Below, in pieces: positions 50,181-60,265 of a stretch of 64,000 nt of DNA (position 1 is the first letter of the stretch; every line of letters starts with the position of its first letter). Below the pieces are notes generated by a model that saw nothing but the letters and a program-made list of their open reading frames with translations, made no database searches and was not told where the DNA came from. The stretch comes from Candidatus Heimdallarchaeota archaeon (GTDB lineage: Archaea; Asgardarchaeota; Heimdallarchaeia; Heimdallarchaeales; Heimdallarchaeaceae). A program made the translations under genes and the position numbers. The stretch lies in assembly GCA_030603365.1 (NCBI GenBank), contig JAUVXV010000008.1, positions 85,388 through 149,387 on the forward strand. Direction: 5' to 3'.

Positions 50181-53100
50181 TCAGTCACATTTACTGTATC
50201 CACAACTTTTACAAGTGAAACATCCTTCAGAAAACTCTAACAGTCCTCCACAATCAGGACAAGCTACTGAGCCATTAAACCGAATGATTTCTTCCCCATC
50301 TATGTATTCCTCTAGTACATGAGCAATTCCATCAGCACAAGAAAGAATTGTTTTCCCTTGGTAGAAGTTTGGACTTGGGCATCTTATTCCTGCAAGATGA
50401 TTAGCAACCGATTCAAGTTTTACTCCCGATCTTAAAGAGAGTGAAATTAATCTTCCTACTGCTTCACTTTGACTGGTTATGCATCCACCACTTTTGCCCA
50501 CTTGTACAAATACCTCACACACTCCAGTCTCATCTCTATTCACTGTGACATACAGATTACCACAACCTGATCTGATTTTGTGGGTTCTACCAATAGTGAT
50601 TTCTGGTCGTTCTCTTGGTTCTACTTTCTCTACTACGGCTGTAGTTGTGGGTTGTTCTGCTTTTTCTTGTTTCTTTGTTGTCAGAACTTGATACTTACGT
50701 GACCCATCCCTATAAACTGTAACTCCCTTACAACCTTTCTGAAAAGCCAATAAGTAAGCTTTAGCAATATCTTCTCTGGTTGCAGAATTGGGAAAATTGA
50801 TAGTTTTTGAGGTTGCATTGTCGATGTATTTTTGAAACACAGCTTGCATATCTATATGGCTCTCAGGGGAAATATCATGAGAGGTTACGAAAACACTCCT
50901 CAATTCTTCAGGTATTTCATCTAGCTCTTGAATTGAGTTTGTACTTGAAACCTTCTCAATCAAATCTTCTGAGTATAACTCCATGTCTTTCAGCTTTTGT
51001 TCAAAAATAGTATTGACATCAAATAGTTTCTTTCCTCCAAGAACATTTCTGGTAAATGCTATAGCATAGTAGGGTTCTATCCCACTTGAGCAACCTGCTA
51101 TAAGTGATATTGTTCCTGTTGGGGCAATGGTTGTGACTGTTGCATTTCTCATGGCTTCATACTTTGATTTAAAGATACTTTTCTCGAAATTAGGGAAGTT
51201 TCCTCTTTCTTTACCCAATTTGACAGATTCATCACGAGCTGTCTTTTGAATGAAGTCCATAATTTCGCTAGCGGTTTTTAGACCTTCTTTACTGTTGTAT
51301 GGGATATTTAGTTTAACCAACAGATCTGCGAAACCCATAATACCTAAACCAATTTTACGGTTAGCTTTAGTTATATCTTCAATATCATCTAGAATATATT
51401 GGTTTTTGTCAATAACATTATCTAAGAAAATTATTCCTTTCCGAATTGTATCTTCCAATAAATCCCAATCAAGTTTATTTTCTAAAATATGCTTAGATAG
51501 ATTGATGGAGCCCAAATTGCAGGATTCAAACGAAAGCAACGGAGTCTCACCACAGTTGTGGATATAAATTCCATTTGCTGAAAAAGCGTTTTTTCCAGGA
51601 ATTTGAATATCATAGACGCTGTCTTGTTTTACATAAACAATATTTTTTATACTTTGAACAAACCTTTCTCGGTAAAAGGGTCGTGAGTATGAAGAGAGTT
51701 TTTCTTCAAGAGATGTTTGTTTTATAATATCAGTGAAACCTATAACTTCAGCAAATACTTGTATATTATCCTTTGAAATCACTAATTCATGTTGAGATTT
51801 TATTCGATACTTCTTTAAGGACCCTTTACCATCAGGAAGTTCTTTCATTTGTGATTTTCTTCGGTTAATATAAATTGTTGATACGATACCCACTCTATGC
51901 AGCATCCTTTGGATAGCTTGAAGAGTTTTAAGATTTGACTGAGATAATCTGACTGATATACCCTTTTCTAAAGATCCTTGAACTGAACCATCTGCATCAA
52001 ATAATCCTCTTATGAAACCGATATGAAATCCAAAACTTGTTGTCTCGATTAGAGGCGTTACTTCTTTATGTCCTTGATACATACCGTATTTACTTGCTAA
52101 AGATGTAAATGCAACGAGTTTTAACCGGTACTCATTTCTTCTAGATTGTGGTCTAAAACCCTTGAAATCAGAACGATGTGGGAGATTAAAAGCGAAATCC
52201 TCAACTACAGAACGAATATTCTGTGATCCTTCATTGTCACCCCAAACAGATATGACTGCATTACCTTCAGCAAAAGTACCGTCTCCCACAAGTAATCCTA
52301 AAACATAACCCTCTTCAAGTGTTCCCTCTCCACCAGTCCATATAGTTTCACGGTTGTTGCTTAAAACTATTTTATCTTCTTTTGTTAGTTCATCTACTCT
52401 CTTCCAATTTGTTTTAGTCGTTTTTCTAGAAATGGATTTCAAAACCTTAACTAAATGATTTCCAGTAGCTTTAATGGAATAGCCACTTTTTGTAGTAATT
52501 TCAAAAATATGTTTGTTTCCAGTAAAAAAGAAACCTCTTATGTCAGAGTCATGAAACTCACCATCAAGTAGGAGTTTAACTTGATGCCCGATAATATCGC
52601 ATATCATTCTTGGGCCATCTTGAGTAGTAACCCAAGTATCTCCAGTTAAGCATGGGTTTGTAGACTCAATTTCTCCTATCTCAGGAGTAGGATTATCTTT
52701 ATTGATTCTGTCAATAAAAATTATTCCAGGTTCACCATTTTTCCAAGCCATTTCAACAATTTTATTGAAAACTTCTTTTGCATTTAACTTAGCAGTCGCT
52801 TTGTTAGTTCGTGGATTAATCAAATCATAATCTTCATTCTTCTCAACAGCTTTCATAAATTGCTCAGTAGCTGCCACAGATATATTGAAGTTAGTGAGCT
52901 TAGTTTGGTCCTCTTTGCAAGTTATAAATTCCATAATATCAGGGTGATCAATACGAAGAATACCCATGTTCGCTCCACGTCTCTTTCCTCCCTGTTTCAC
53001 GGTATTAGTGGCAGCATTGAAAACTTCCATAAACGATAGAGGTCCCGAAGCAATTCCTCCAGTAGTCTTAACAACATCATTCTTTGGGCGTAGTTTTGTG

Positions 53101-53441
53101 AAGGTGAATCCAGTGCCACCACCTGCCTGTTGAATTAGAGCTGAGAGTTTTACTGCTTCGAAAATAGATGTCATGTTATCTTCTACTGGTAAAACAAAAC
53201 ATGCTGACAACATTCCTAAAGATGTTCCTGCATTCATCAAAGTGGGAGAATTTGGTAAAAATCTAAGAGATGTCATTAGTTCATGAAATTCTTTTTGCTC
53301 TTCTTCGGAGTTGCCAATGAAATTCGCTACTCTCCAAAACATTTCATCGATTGTTTCAATGAGTTTATTATTTTCATCTCTTCGAAGATATCTTTTTTCC
53401 AAGACTGTTTGAGCATTTTTTGATAGTTCTATTGATGTCAC
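50181..53441 (-). CDS. nrdJ: Class II (adenosylcobalamin-dependent) ribonucleotide reductase with intein and C-terminal TSCPD/zinc-ribbon region
   Basis: FLPNSPTLMNAG, LSACFV, QGGKRRGANM, TNP|CGE, CNLGS, TIAPTG, KGVTVYRDGSR, C-terminal CPDC/CKSC. Confidence 0.95.
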   Translation of the reverse strand: MTSIELSKNAQTVLEKRYLRRDENNKLIETIDEMFWRVANFIGNSEEEQKEFHELMTSLRFLPNSPTLMNAGTSLGMLSACFVLPVEDNMTSIFEAVKLSALIQQAGGGTGFTFTKLRPKNDVVKTTGGIASGPLSFMEVFNAATNTVKQGGKRRGANMGILRIDHPDIMEFITCKEDQTKLTNFNISVAATEQFMKAVEKNEDYDLINPRTNKATAKLNAKEVFNKIVEMAWKNGEPGIIFIDRINKDNPTPEIGEIESTNPCLTGDTWVTTQDGPRMICDIIGHQVKLLLDGEFHDSDIRGFFFTGNKHIFEITTKSGYSIKATGNHLVKVLKSISRKTTKTNWKRVDELTKEDKIVLSNNRETIWTGGEGTLEEGYVLGLLVGDGTFAEGNAVISVWGDNEGSQNIRSVVEDFAFNLPHRSDFKGFRPQSRRNEYRLKLVAFTSLASKYGMYQGHKEVTPLIETTSFGFHIGFIRGLFDADGSVQGSLEKGISVRLSQSNLKTLQAIQRMLHRVGIVSTIYINRRKSQMKELPDGKGSLKKYRIKSQHELVISKDNIQVFAEVIGFTDIIKQTSLEEKLSSYSRPFYRERFVQSIKNIVYVKQDSVYDIQIPGKNAFSANGIYIHNCGETPLLSFESCNLGSINLSKHILENKLDWDLLEDTIRKGIIFLDNVIDKNQYILDDIEDITKANRKIGLGIMGFADLLVKLNIPYNSKEGLKTASEIMDFIQKTARDESVKLGKERGNFPNFEKSIFKSKYEAMRNATVTTIAPTGTISLIAGCSSGIEPYYAIAFTRNVLGGKKLFDVNTIFEQKLKDMELYSEDLIEKVSSTNSIQELDEIPEELRSVFVTSHDISPESHIDMQAVFQKYIDNATSKTINFPNSATREDIAKAYLLAFQKGCKGVTVYRDGSRKYQVLTTKKQEKAEQPTTTAVVEKVEPRERPEITIGRTHKIRSGCGNLYVTVNRDETGVCEVFVQVGKSGGCITSQSEAVGRLISLSLRSGVKLESVANHLAGIRCPSPNFYQGKTILSCADGIAHVLEEYIDGEEIIRFNGSVACPDCGGLLEFSEGCFTCKSCGYSKCD
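51555..52652 (-). mobile_element. Intein (366 aa) with LAGLIDADG homing endonuclease in nrdJ
   Basis: Starts CLTGDT after TNP, block B ATGNH, LGLLVGDG and IRGLFDADG blocks, ends ANGIYIHN before CGE. Confidence 0.95.
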
Positions 53442-53769
53442 ATTAACCCCTTATTTTATTATCTCTAAATTGATTATTAAACCCCTTGAGTTTCCTCAAA
53501 TTTGCTACGTGATCAATTTATAGAATCAATCCATAGACCATTACATTACCAAAAACTAAAAGATATTTAAGCCTTTACAACTTCAATAAGAACACCTCTA
53601 AAGCATTGTAATCAATTTGAATTACCGACAAAAATATTTAGAAAAAGCACATATGATTTTAAAGCTATTAAAAACAAACAAGGTCAGAAATCTTGCCTTA
53701 CACAAAAACACTACACTAGAAAGAATACCATAAACTTTAATTTATACAAGTTCACATTTATTCCATACA

Positions 53770-54627
53770 ATGAAAATTAAGATGAATCGACGTGCACTTT
53801 CACCAGTGGTTGCAGTAGTACTAATGTTTGCACTAATAACGGCTGCAATTGGTATTTCTTTAGTTTATATGATGCCAAGCATCACTAAATTCAAAGATAA
53901 AAGCTACAATAATAGCAACAATTTATATTTCACAGCTCTCGATTCAACACTGCAAAATTTAGTTATAGGTTCAGCACCAAGTAGCAGTCAATTCTTATTT
54001 GTTCAAGAAGAGGGAAGCTTTCAACTGGATACAAGCTGGAATTTTGTTTTCTTACTGAAAGATATTGTGGGAGTACAAACGAGTCTATTGTTTAGAGATA
54101 ATGTCTCGCGTATAACCCATAGAAGTGTAGCTACAGCAGATTATGAAATCGGAGAACACAGATACATAGTTGGACCACAAGATCAAGATTACCTTTTCCT
54201 AAATGGGAGTAATACATTATACAACGATATTGCTGTATTGAATAGTTCAAGAGCTATCTATGAATCAAGTTTCTTGGAGCTAGCACTTTATTACAGATAC
54301 TCTCTGAATACAGAGTACGTTACGTTTTCCACAGAAGAAATATATTATCTTGATATTATTCATATAAACTTTGTATTAGAAGATTCTACTTTGGTAAGCA
54401 ATACTCAGAAGTATATAAATATACAACTAACATATGAAGGAACAGAGAAGATTAGCCTTGGAACAATTGAATACAATGATGATTTACAAGGTGAAGTGAT
54501 TCTCTTAAACCAATACAATTATCGTTTATACGAGTATCCTATCTACTTTCCAGCAAATCCTAGTTATTTATCTCATTCAATTGTAGCTAACCTTATTAAC
54601 ATAGTAGTAAGTGTATCATTAAGTTGA
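53770..54627 (+). CDS. Type IV pilin-like protein (class III signal peptide)
   Basis: RRA|LSPVVAVVLMFAL archaeal pilin N-terminus. Confidence 0.85.
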   Translation: MKIKMNRRALSPVVAVVLMFALITAAIGISLVYMMPSITKFKDKSYNNSNNLYFTALDSTLQNLVIGSAPSSSQFLFVQEEGSFQLDTSWNFVFLLKDIVGVQTSLLFRDNVSRITHRSVATADYEIGEHRYIVGPQDQDYLFLNGSNTLYNDIAVLNSSRAIYESSFLELALYYRYSLNTEYVTFSTEEIYYLDIIHINFVLEDSTLVSNTQKYINIQLTYEGTEKISLGTIEYNDDLQGEVILLNQYNYRLYEYPIYFPANPSYLSHSIVANLINIVVSVSLS

Positions 54628-54638
54628 GGAAATGAAGA

Positions 54639-55106
54639 ATGCCTAGCGAATATATTATGTATTTATCTATACTTCTTGTAGGTTCTCTTGCAATTGCAGG
54701 AATATCAGTGACAATGTTAGCTATTGATAATTCCATGGAAGAGCGTTCGATAGAAACGAGCTTTGAGAGTATTCTTCAAAATTTTGCTGAAATAATACAT
54801 GATCTGAAAGCAGCTGGAGAACAAATGGTTCTAGAAGGCGCAACGAGCATACAATTAACGTTTATACTAGGAGAGCTTCCTCAAGAAATTCAACAATCTG
54901 AGTATCAAATAGAAGTTAGTTCAACTGAAGTTTCTTACACACTGAAAGCCTTTGTTTTGGATAATGAAGAAATCAGTACAATAGTTTCTTTATTCATAGA
55001 TCCAGCTGATATATCGATCTCCGGTAGTATTGTTAGTACAGGTTCAGCACCAAGTATTGTCTATTTCTATAACGGAGTTTCTAGTAGTATTATTTTACAA
55101 GCTTGA
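54639..55106 (+). CDS. Pilin-like protein
   Basis: SEY followed by a hydrophobic helix and a beta-rich domain; lies between the pilin and the ATPase. Confidence 0.6.
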   Translation: MPSEYIMYLSILLVGSLAIAGISVTMLAIDNSMEERSIETSFESILQNFAEIIHDLKAAGEQMVLEGATSIQLTFILGELPQEIQQSEYQIEVSSTEVSYTLKAFVLDNEEISTIVSLFIDPADISISGSIVSTGSAPSIVYFYNGVSSSIILQA

Positions 55107-55215
55107 GAAATACACCAGTTTTTATGTGACAAATTAATAGATTTTTTAACCTTTTTTTGAAAATAGAGCTAATATGAAAACAATCTTTAAAAAGTGTAGT
55201 ACATAATGATTATTC

Positions 55216-56751
55216 ATGCAAGAAGATAGTAGCGATGCTTTTGTTGATACGTCTGCAGTTCCCATTCTTGAAGAAACTTATCCAGTCAGTCCTCCCTTCT
55301 CTTACGTTCTCATTCAGACTGACCCTACTACCAAGCGTACAATGTATATGGTAGTGGAAATTCCACTGGATTCTAAGGAAACTGCTATTTATAATAAAAT
55401 CTTTTCAATTATGGTGGATGAATTGGATGTTGATTTTACAGTCCTTAAATCAACAGAGAAAGCTGAAGAGTTTCTAAAAAAGAAAATAGTTGATATTATC
55501 AAACGTTATAGAATCTCGCTCAACGAATCTCAATTTGAGAAAATAATGTATTATTTAACAAGAGATCTGATAGGATACGGTAAAATTCAACCATTTATGT
55601 TAGATCCAAACATTGAAGATATTTCATGTGATGGTACTGGCATTCCTATTTATGTATGGCATAGGAAATATGAATCCATTGCAACAAACATATCCTTAGA
55701 TACTAACGAAGAATTAGACAGTTTCATTATAAAATTGGCTCAAAGAGCTAATCGTCATATAAGTATTGCCAATCCTTTGCTTGATGCATCTTTGCCTGAT
55801 GGTAGCAGAATACAACTGACATATGGAAAAGAAGTTACTCAGAGAGGTTCTACTTTTACTGCAAGAAAATTCAAAGCAGATCCATTTACAATCACAGATT
55901 TGATTCTTTACAATACTATCGATTTAGATATTGCGGCTTATTACTGGTTTTCGATGGAACACAACGTAAGTACTTTAATTGCAGGAGGTACTGCAGCTGG
56001 TAAAACAACTCTACTTAACACAATAGCTATGATGATTAAACCAGACATGAAAGTAATTACAATCGAAGACACAGCAGAACTGAATCTAGCTCATGAAAAC
56101 TGGATTCCAAGTGTTGTTCGTTCTGGTTTTGGAGAAACCACTGAGTCAGGTTATAGAAGAGGGCAAATCTCTATGTATGAATTGCTAAGAGCAGCGATGA
56201 GACAAAGACCTGATTATATTATAGTGGGAGAAATCAGAGGTGAAGAAGCATACGCCATGTTCCAAGCAATGAGTACAGGACATAGGGGATTAGGAACTAT
56301 CCACGGTGATTCTGTAGAAGGAGTGATTCACAGACTTGAAAGTAAACCAATGAATATCCCACGTTCAATGATGAAATCTCTAGATCTCATCCATGTTATT
56401 CGTAAAGTGAGGCTTCAATCCAAGTTTGCTCGTAGGACACAATCTGTCACAGAATTGATTGGTTTGGATCCCGTTACTGAAGAGATTCTGACTAACAAAC
56501 TGTTCCAATGGAATCCACGTGATGACACATACATCTTCTTTGGTAGAAGTTATGTGATGGAGAAGGTAATGGAAAGCACTGGAATGGAAGAACAAGAGAT
56601 ATTCGATGAACTGGAAAGAAGAAAAACTATCCTCAGATGGATGGTAAAGAAGAGAATAAGATACTTCGAAGATGTTGCTTCCGTAATTCAGGAATACAAT
56701 TCTGATCCAGATAGATCTCTTGAAAAAGCAAGAAAGGGTCTTAAAGCATAA
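55216..56751 (+). CDS. Type IV pilus assembly ATPase (ArlI/TadA/VirB11-like)
   Basis: DPNIEDISCDG, LPDGSR, GGTAAGKTT, IEDT.E, RQRPDYIIVGEIRG, TGH..TIH. Confidence 0.95.
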   Translation: MQEDSSDAFVDTSAVPILEETYPVSPPFSYVLIQTDPTTKRTMYMVVEIPLDSKETAIYNKIFSIMVDELDVDFTVLKSTEKAEEFLKKKIVDIIKRYRISLNESQFEKIMYYLTRDLIGYGKIQPFMLDPNIEDISCDGTGIPIYVWHRKYESIATNISLDTNEELDSFIIKLAQRANRHISIANPLLDASLPDGSRIQLTYGKEVTQRGSTFTARKFKADPFTITDLILYNTIDLDIAAYYWFSMEHNVSTLIAGGTAAGKTTLLNTIAMMIKPDMKVITIEDTAELNLAHENWIPSVVRSGFGETTESGYRRGQISMYELLRAAMRQRPDYIIVGEIRGEEAYAMFQAMSTGHRGLGTIHGDSVEGVIHRLESKPMNIPRSMMKSLDLIHVIRKVRLQSKFARRTQSVTELIGLDPVTEEILTNKLFQWNPRDDTYIFFGRSYVMEKVMESTGMEEQEIFDELERRKTILRWMVKKRIRYFEDVASVIQEYNSDPDRSLEKARKGLKA

Positions 56752-56853
56752 AAGCTTTAATTCTCCATTTAATTTCTTTATTTTCATTAAATAATCGAAT
56801 TTATATAGAATGATATCTGTTTTTTTAATAGCAATTTAATGAGATGAGGAATA

Positions 56854-57480
56854 ATGGATCCTGAAGATGACAATAAGAAAAAAAAGAAAAATTGGTCAGA
56901 TGATGACTTTAACCCATTTGATTTTTTTGAAGGATTTGAAGAATTTGATATGAATAAATTCATGGAGAATTTTGCACCTTACTTCAAAGGATCTTCTTTT
57001 GGGAAAATGATAGATGAAATGATCAAAAATTTGATGAAAAATCTTGAAGGTGGATTGGATTCTAAATCTATTGAAGATATGCTCAACAGTAATTTTGTTT
57101 ATGGTTTCAATATTGGAATGAATCCAGAAGGTAAGCCGAGTTTCAGACAGTTTGGTAATCTAAAACCTAAAGGTTATGGTGACCTAGAAGCATCTGATGT
57201 AAGAGAACCACTGATAGATGTGTTCAAAGAAGAGAATAATGTTAGAGTAATAGCAGAAGTTCCTGGAATTAACAAAGGTGATATCAAATTAACAGGATCA
57301 GATAGAACTTTGACAATAAAAGCTCACTCTCAATCAAGAAAGTACGAAAAATCAGTAAGTTTACCAGTACCTGTAGATATCACAACTGCCAAAGCCAAAT
57401 ACAAAAATGGTGTTCTTGAAGTAATTATAGACAGAAAACAGAAAAAATCTGAAGAGGACTATAAAATAGATGTAGATTAG
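56854..57480 (+). CDS. hsp20: Archaeal small heat-shock protein Hsp20
   Basis: FVYGF....PEGKP..RQFGN, REPLIDV, AEVPG, AKYKNGVLEV. Confidence 0.92.
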   Translation: MDPEDDNKKKKKNWSDDDFNPFDFFEGFEEFDMNKFMENFAPYFKGSSFGKMIDEMIKNLMKNLEGGLDSKSIEDMLNSNFVYGFNIGMNPEGKPSFRQFGNLKPKGYGDLEASDVREPLIDVFKEENNVRVIAEVPGINKGDIKLTGSDRTLTIKAHSQSRKYEKSVSLPVPVDITTAKAKYKNGVLEVIIDRKQKKSEEDYKIDVD

Positions 57481-57501
57481 TAAAATCAACTTCTTTCTCT
57501 T

Positions 57502-58182
57502 TTAAGGTATTTCTAAAGTTAGAATTACATTATGTGGCAGAACAGCTGTTATTGTATAACCAGTTTCTAAATCTGCTAAGTAACTGCCATCACCCATATT
57601 TAGAACAGAAACGCTAGGAGAAGTTGTTACATCAGCATTGTCAATCAGAGAAGTGATTCCAGAACTTAACTTGTAAAGATAGATGTAATTTTGATTACCT
57701 GCAACACCTGAATATTCCAGATAATATGATGTATTTATGTAAATAACTGCATCATAAACAATATCAAGGCTGTTTATATGAACAATGAATTCAGCTTCGA
57801 AATGAATAAGGACAGGATTGATAGTGGTACTGCTATTCGCAATTATCAAGTTTAGGGAATCATATGATATATTCGAAGGTAAATTATGATTATCAAGGTA
57901 TGAATCTATCACACTGATACCTTCGTCCAACAAATCAAGTATTTCGTTTCGGGTTGCACCATTTGAGAATTGAGAAATTGCCATTTCAGAGAGTTCTTCA
58001 ATTGAGGACAGACTATTATCAACATAGTTTAGCAGTTGCTTGTGGTTAGGTGATAGATCAATATATGGACTTTGAGTTATCTGGTATACAGTTGAAGAGA
58101 GAATAATCAGATAGATCAGGATAGTAATGGCTAGAAGAAGGAAAACTTGTCCTTTCTTATTTTTTGAAAGTTTGTTTTTCAT
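57502..58182 (-). CDS. Minor pilin-like protein (class III signal peptide)
   Basis: KKG|QVFLLLAI plus hydrophobic helix. Start refined. Confidence 0.78.
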   Translation of the reverse strand: MKNKLSKNKKGQVFLLLAITILIYLIILSSTVYQITQSPYIDLSPNHKQLLNYVDNSLSSIEELSEMAISQFSNGATRNEILDLLDEGISVIDSYLDNHNLPSNISYDSLNLIIANSSTTINPVLIHFEAEFIVHINSLDIVYDAVIYINTSYYLEYSGVAGNQNYIYLYKLSSGITSLIDNADVTTSPSVSVLNMGDGSYLADLETGYTITAVLPHNVILTLEIP

Positions 58183-58187
58183 TTTTA

Positions 58188-58652
58188 TCATCCTTTTAAC
58201 CACACCTGTAGATGTATTGTATAGGGTGCATACTCACCATATACTTCTGTTATCAAATAATCAATACTAACTACAGTATCACCTAGAGTAAGGTATTCAT
58301 TAATCCAACTGCCTGTAACTATCAAACTAGTTAGAAAATCTTCATAATTTAACTTGAATTCACCATGATCGGGTAAAGCCCCGTAAATAGCTTGTGTAAT
58401 GATATTCCTGTAATAGATTACATCAGCACTTAAACCATTATCTATGGAATAAATGAATGCATCCAGATACCCATTTTTATCGAGAGCTTGAATAGAAGTA
58501 TATACTTCTTCATGGAAATTTGGTTCTATAGGTGGTTGTGTTGCTAGTTGTACTTCATATAAAGCAGTAACCATTATTATCATTACAGAAACAGCGATAA
58601 ATGCTTCAATGATGAACAGCTGACCTTTCTTTGATTTGCACAGTTTTTTCAT
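58188..58652 (-). CDS. Minor pilin-like protein (class III signal peptide)
   Basis: KKG|QLFIIEAFIAV; GGTGA SD before ATG 58652. Confidence 0.8.
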   Translation of the reverse strand: MKKLCKSKKGQLFIIEAFIAVSVMIIMVTALYEVQLATQPPIEPNFHEEVYTSIQALDKNGYLDAFIYSIDNGLSADVIYYRNIITQAIYGALPDHGEFKLNYEDFLTSLIVTGSWINEYLTLGDTVVSIDYLITEVYGEYAPYTIHLQVWLKG

Positions 58653-58656
58653 TTTA

Positions 58657-59814
58657 TCACCAATACCAAATTTGACACTTAAGTAGTACATTTCTCATCA
58701 ATATTGTTCTTGTTTGCGAGATGAATGATGTTTGGTCTGCAAAAGAAGAATGAGCAAATATCATTCCATTTTCTTCATCTTGAAACATAGGTAATCCTAT
58801 GTACCCTGCGGTATATGTTGTGTCTGCTCTATCATGAACTACTAGAACAGCTAAACCACTTGCAGGTATAGGTATTCCTGTTCCTTCATAGATTGTTTCA
58901 GAATTCAAGGTAGTAGCTAACAAAGATTGTCTAAAATATGAGACACCTAAATCTGAAAATGGAAAAACTACTATTCCTGTTGCTTCATCACTTAAGGAAT
59001 CTCTTTCCACGTTTAAGTCGATTGCTGAAGTTTGTATAACTGAATTTTCATATGCAAAAGGATGTGAATCAAAATCGACAATTTCATATTCTAAACCTGC
59101 ACTCTCTTTAGCTAAACGAATTGTTGTATAATCTTGATAAATTTCTCCTACTTGAGCAAATGCAACTATTGTATAATGGTCAGTTTCATCAGCATTTATA
59201 ACAGCTTGAAACTTTATTTCACCAGAGAAATTTTGGGTTGTTGTGTAATTTGTTGCTACATTGTTGTTATCATCAATTGAAAGAACCCAAATATCTGCAT
59301 TTTCAATAGGAGTTAGAAGCTCTTTCACTACACCTTCAATTGTAATTGTACCAAAAGCAGCTGTGAAACTTTCTATTTCGATAGAAATTGGGGAGTAAAT
59401 ACTCACAGCAAAATCCCGTATTAAACCATAAGAAACCTTCACATCCAAATAATTTAGTGCCCAATAATCAGAAATGTCTGAAGTTAATCTGTTAATCTTA
59501 GTAAAATCAAGTTCAAGATTAGATCCCATCAAACCTAACTTGAAATCCAATAAAGCATCTGTACTAATAGTACCCCAATTTGTTGGATTTCCTTTGGAAT
59601 TAAAGATATTGCTATAAAGCTTGTTCAGTTCTTGTTCTTGAGAATATGTTTCCATCTGTACTAAAGAGGGGATAAGTAGATTTGAAAGAACGATTATAAC
59701 TTGACTAAAAGCTATCACAAAAATAAGCAAAGCTAGAGCAAAATCAACTCCTCTAATTTGAGCTTTTGTATTTCGTAATAGGGCTTTTAATCTCTTTTTC
59801 TGGTTATTTGTCAA
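58657..59814 (-). CDS. Large pilin-like protein (class III signal peptide)
   Basis: TKA|QIRGVDFALA; G.P.NW and LGL motifs seen in archaeal pilus accessory proteins. Confidence 0.78.
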   Translation of the reverse strand: MTNNQKKRLKALLRNTKAQIRGVDFALALLIFVIAFSQVIIVLSNLLIPSLVQMETYSQEQELNKLYSNIFNSKGNPTNWGTISTDALLDFKLGLMGSNLELDFTKINRLTSDISDYWALNYLDVKVSYGLIRDFAVSIYSPISIEIESFTAAFGTITIEGVVKELLTPIENADIWVLSIDDNNNVATNYTTTQNFSGEIKFQAVINADETDHYTIVAFAQVGEIYQDYTTIRLAKESAGLEYEIVDFDSHPFAYENSVIQTSAIDLNVERDSLSDEATGIVVFPFSDLGVSYFRQSLLATTLNSETIYEGTGIPIPASGLAVLVVHDRADTTYTAGYIGLPMFQDEENGMIFAHSSFADQTSFISQTRTILMRNVLLKCQIWYW

Positions 59815-59832
59815 TTTACTAATCTCCTTTGA

Positions 59833-60246
59833 TTAAGCATCATCACCTAAAATTCGCTCTTCAAGAAGAGATTTAATTTCAGCAAGAGTTGCTTCAAGTT
59901 CAACAAGTTGCATGCCTTTTTCGAGTAGATTGGAGGCTCGTTCTTGCATAGCTTCTGCTTTTTCAATTCTTTCAGAAACTAATTGTTCAACTTGTTCCTT
60001 CAATTGCATTAAATCTTCTTTAGTACTCATAGTGGTTTCTAATCTTTCAATTCGATCTTCAATAGGACCAAGATCTACTGATACTCCCCCTAATGAACCC
60101 TCAGAATCACCACCTGCTGAAGGAGATATTCCTTTATCAAGAGTACCCATGATTCGTACTAAATTGAAACTTACTTGATTTACAATCTTATGTAATTCTT
60201 CTACCTGTTCTTTGATATTCTTAACATCATCCTCAAGTTTTCCCAT
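59833..60246 (-). CDS. Soluble acidic coiled-coil protein in pilus operon
   Basis: Heptad-rich, G/S linker, no TM helix; GGTGA SD. Confidence 0.75.
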   Translation of the reverse strand: MGKLEDDVKNIKEQVEELHKIVNQVSFNLVRIMGTLDKGISPSAGGDSEGSLGGVSVDLGPIEDRIERLETTMSTKEDLMQLKEQVEQLVSERIEKAEAMQERASNLLEKGMQLVELEATLAEIKSLLEERILGDDA

Positions 60247-60265
60247 TTACTCACCGTTATTAGTT

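Noticed and set aside
53967-55056. 17-bp exact direct repeat AGGTTCAGCACCAAGTA (53967-53983, 55040-55056) in two pilin-like genes
   Set aside because: Only two copies, both encoding GSAPS in frame; no recombinase or array context to support pilin shuffling.
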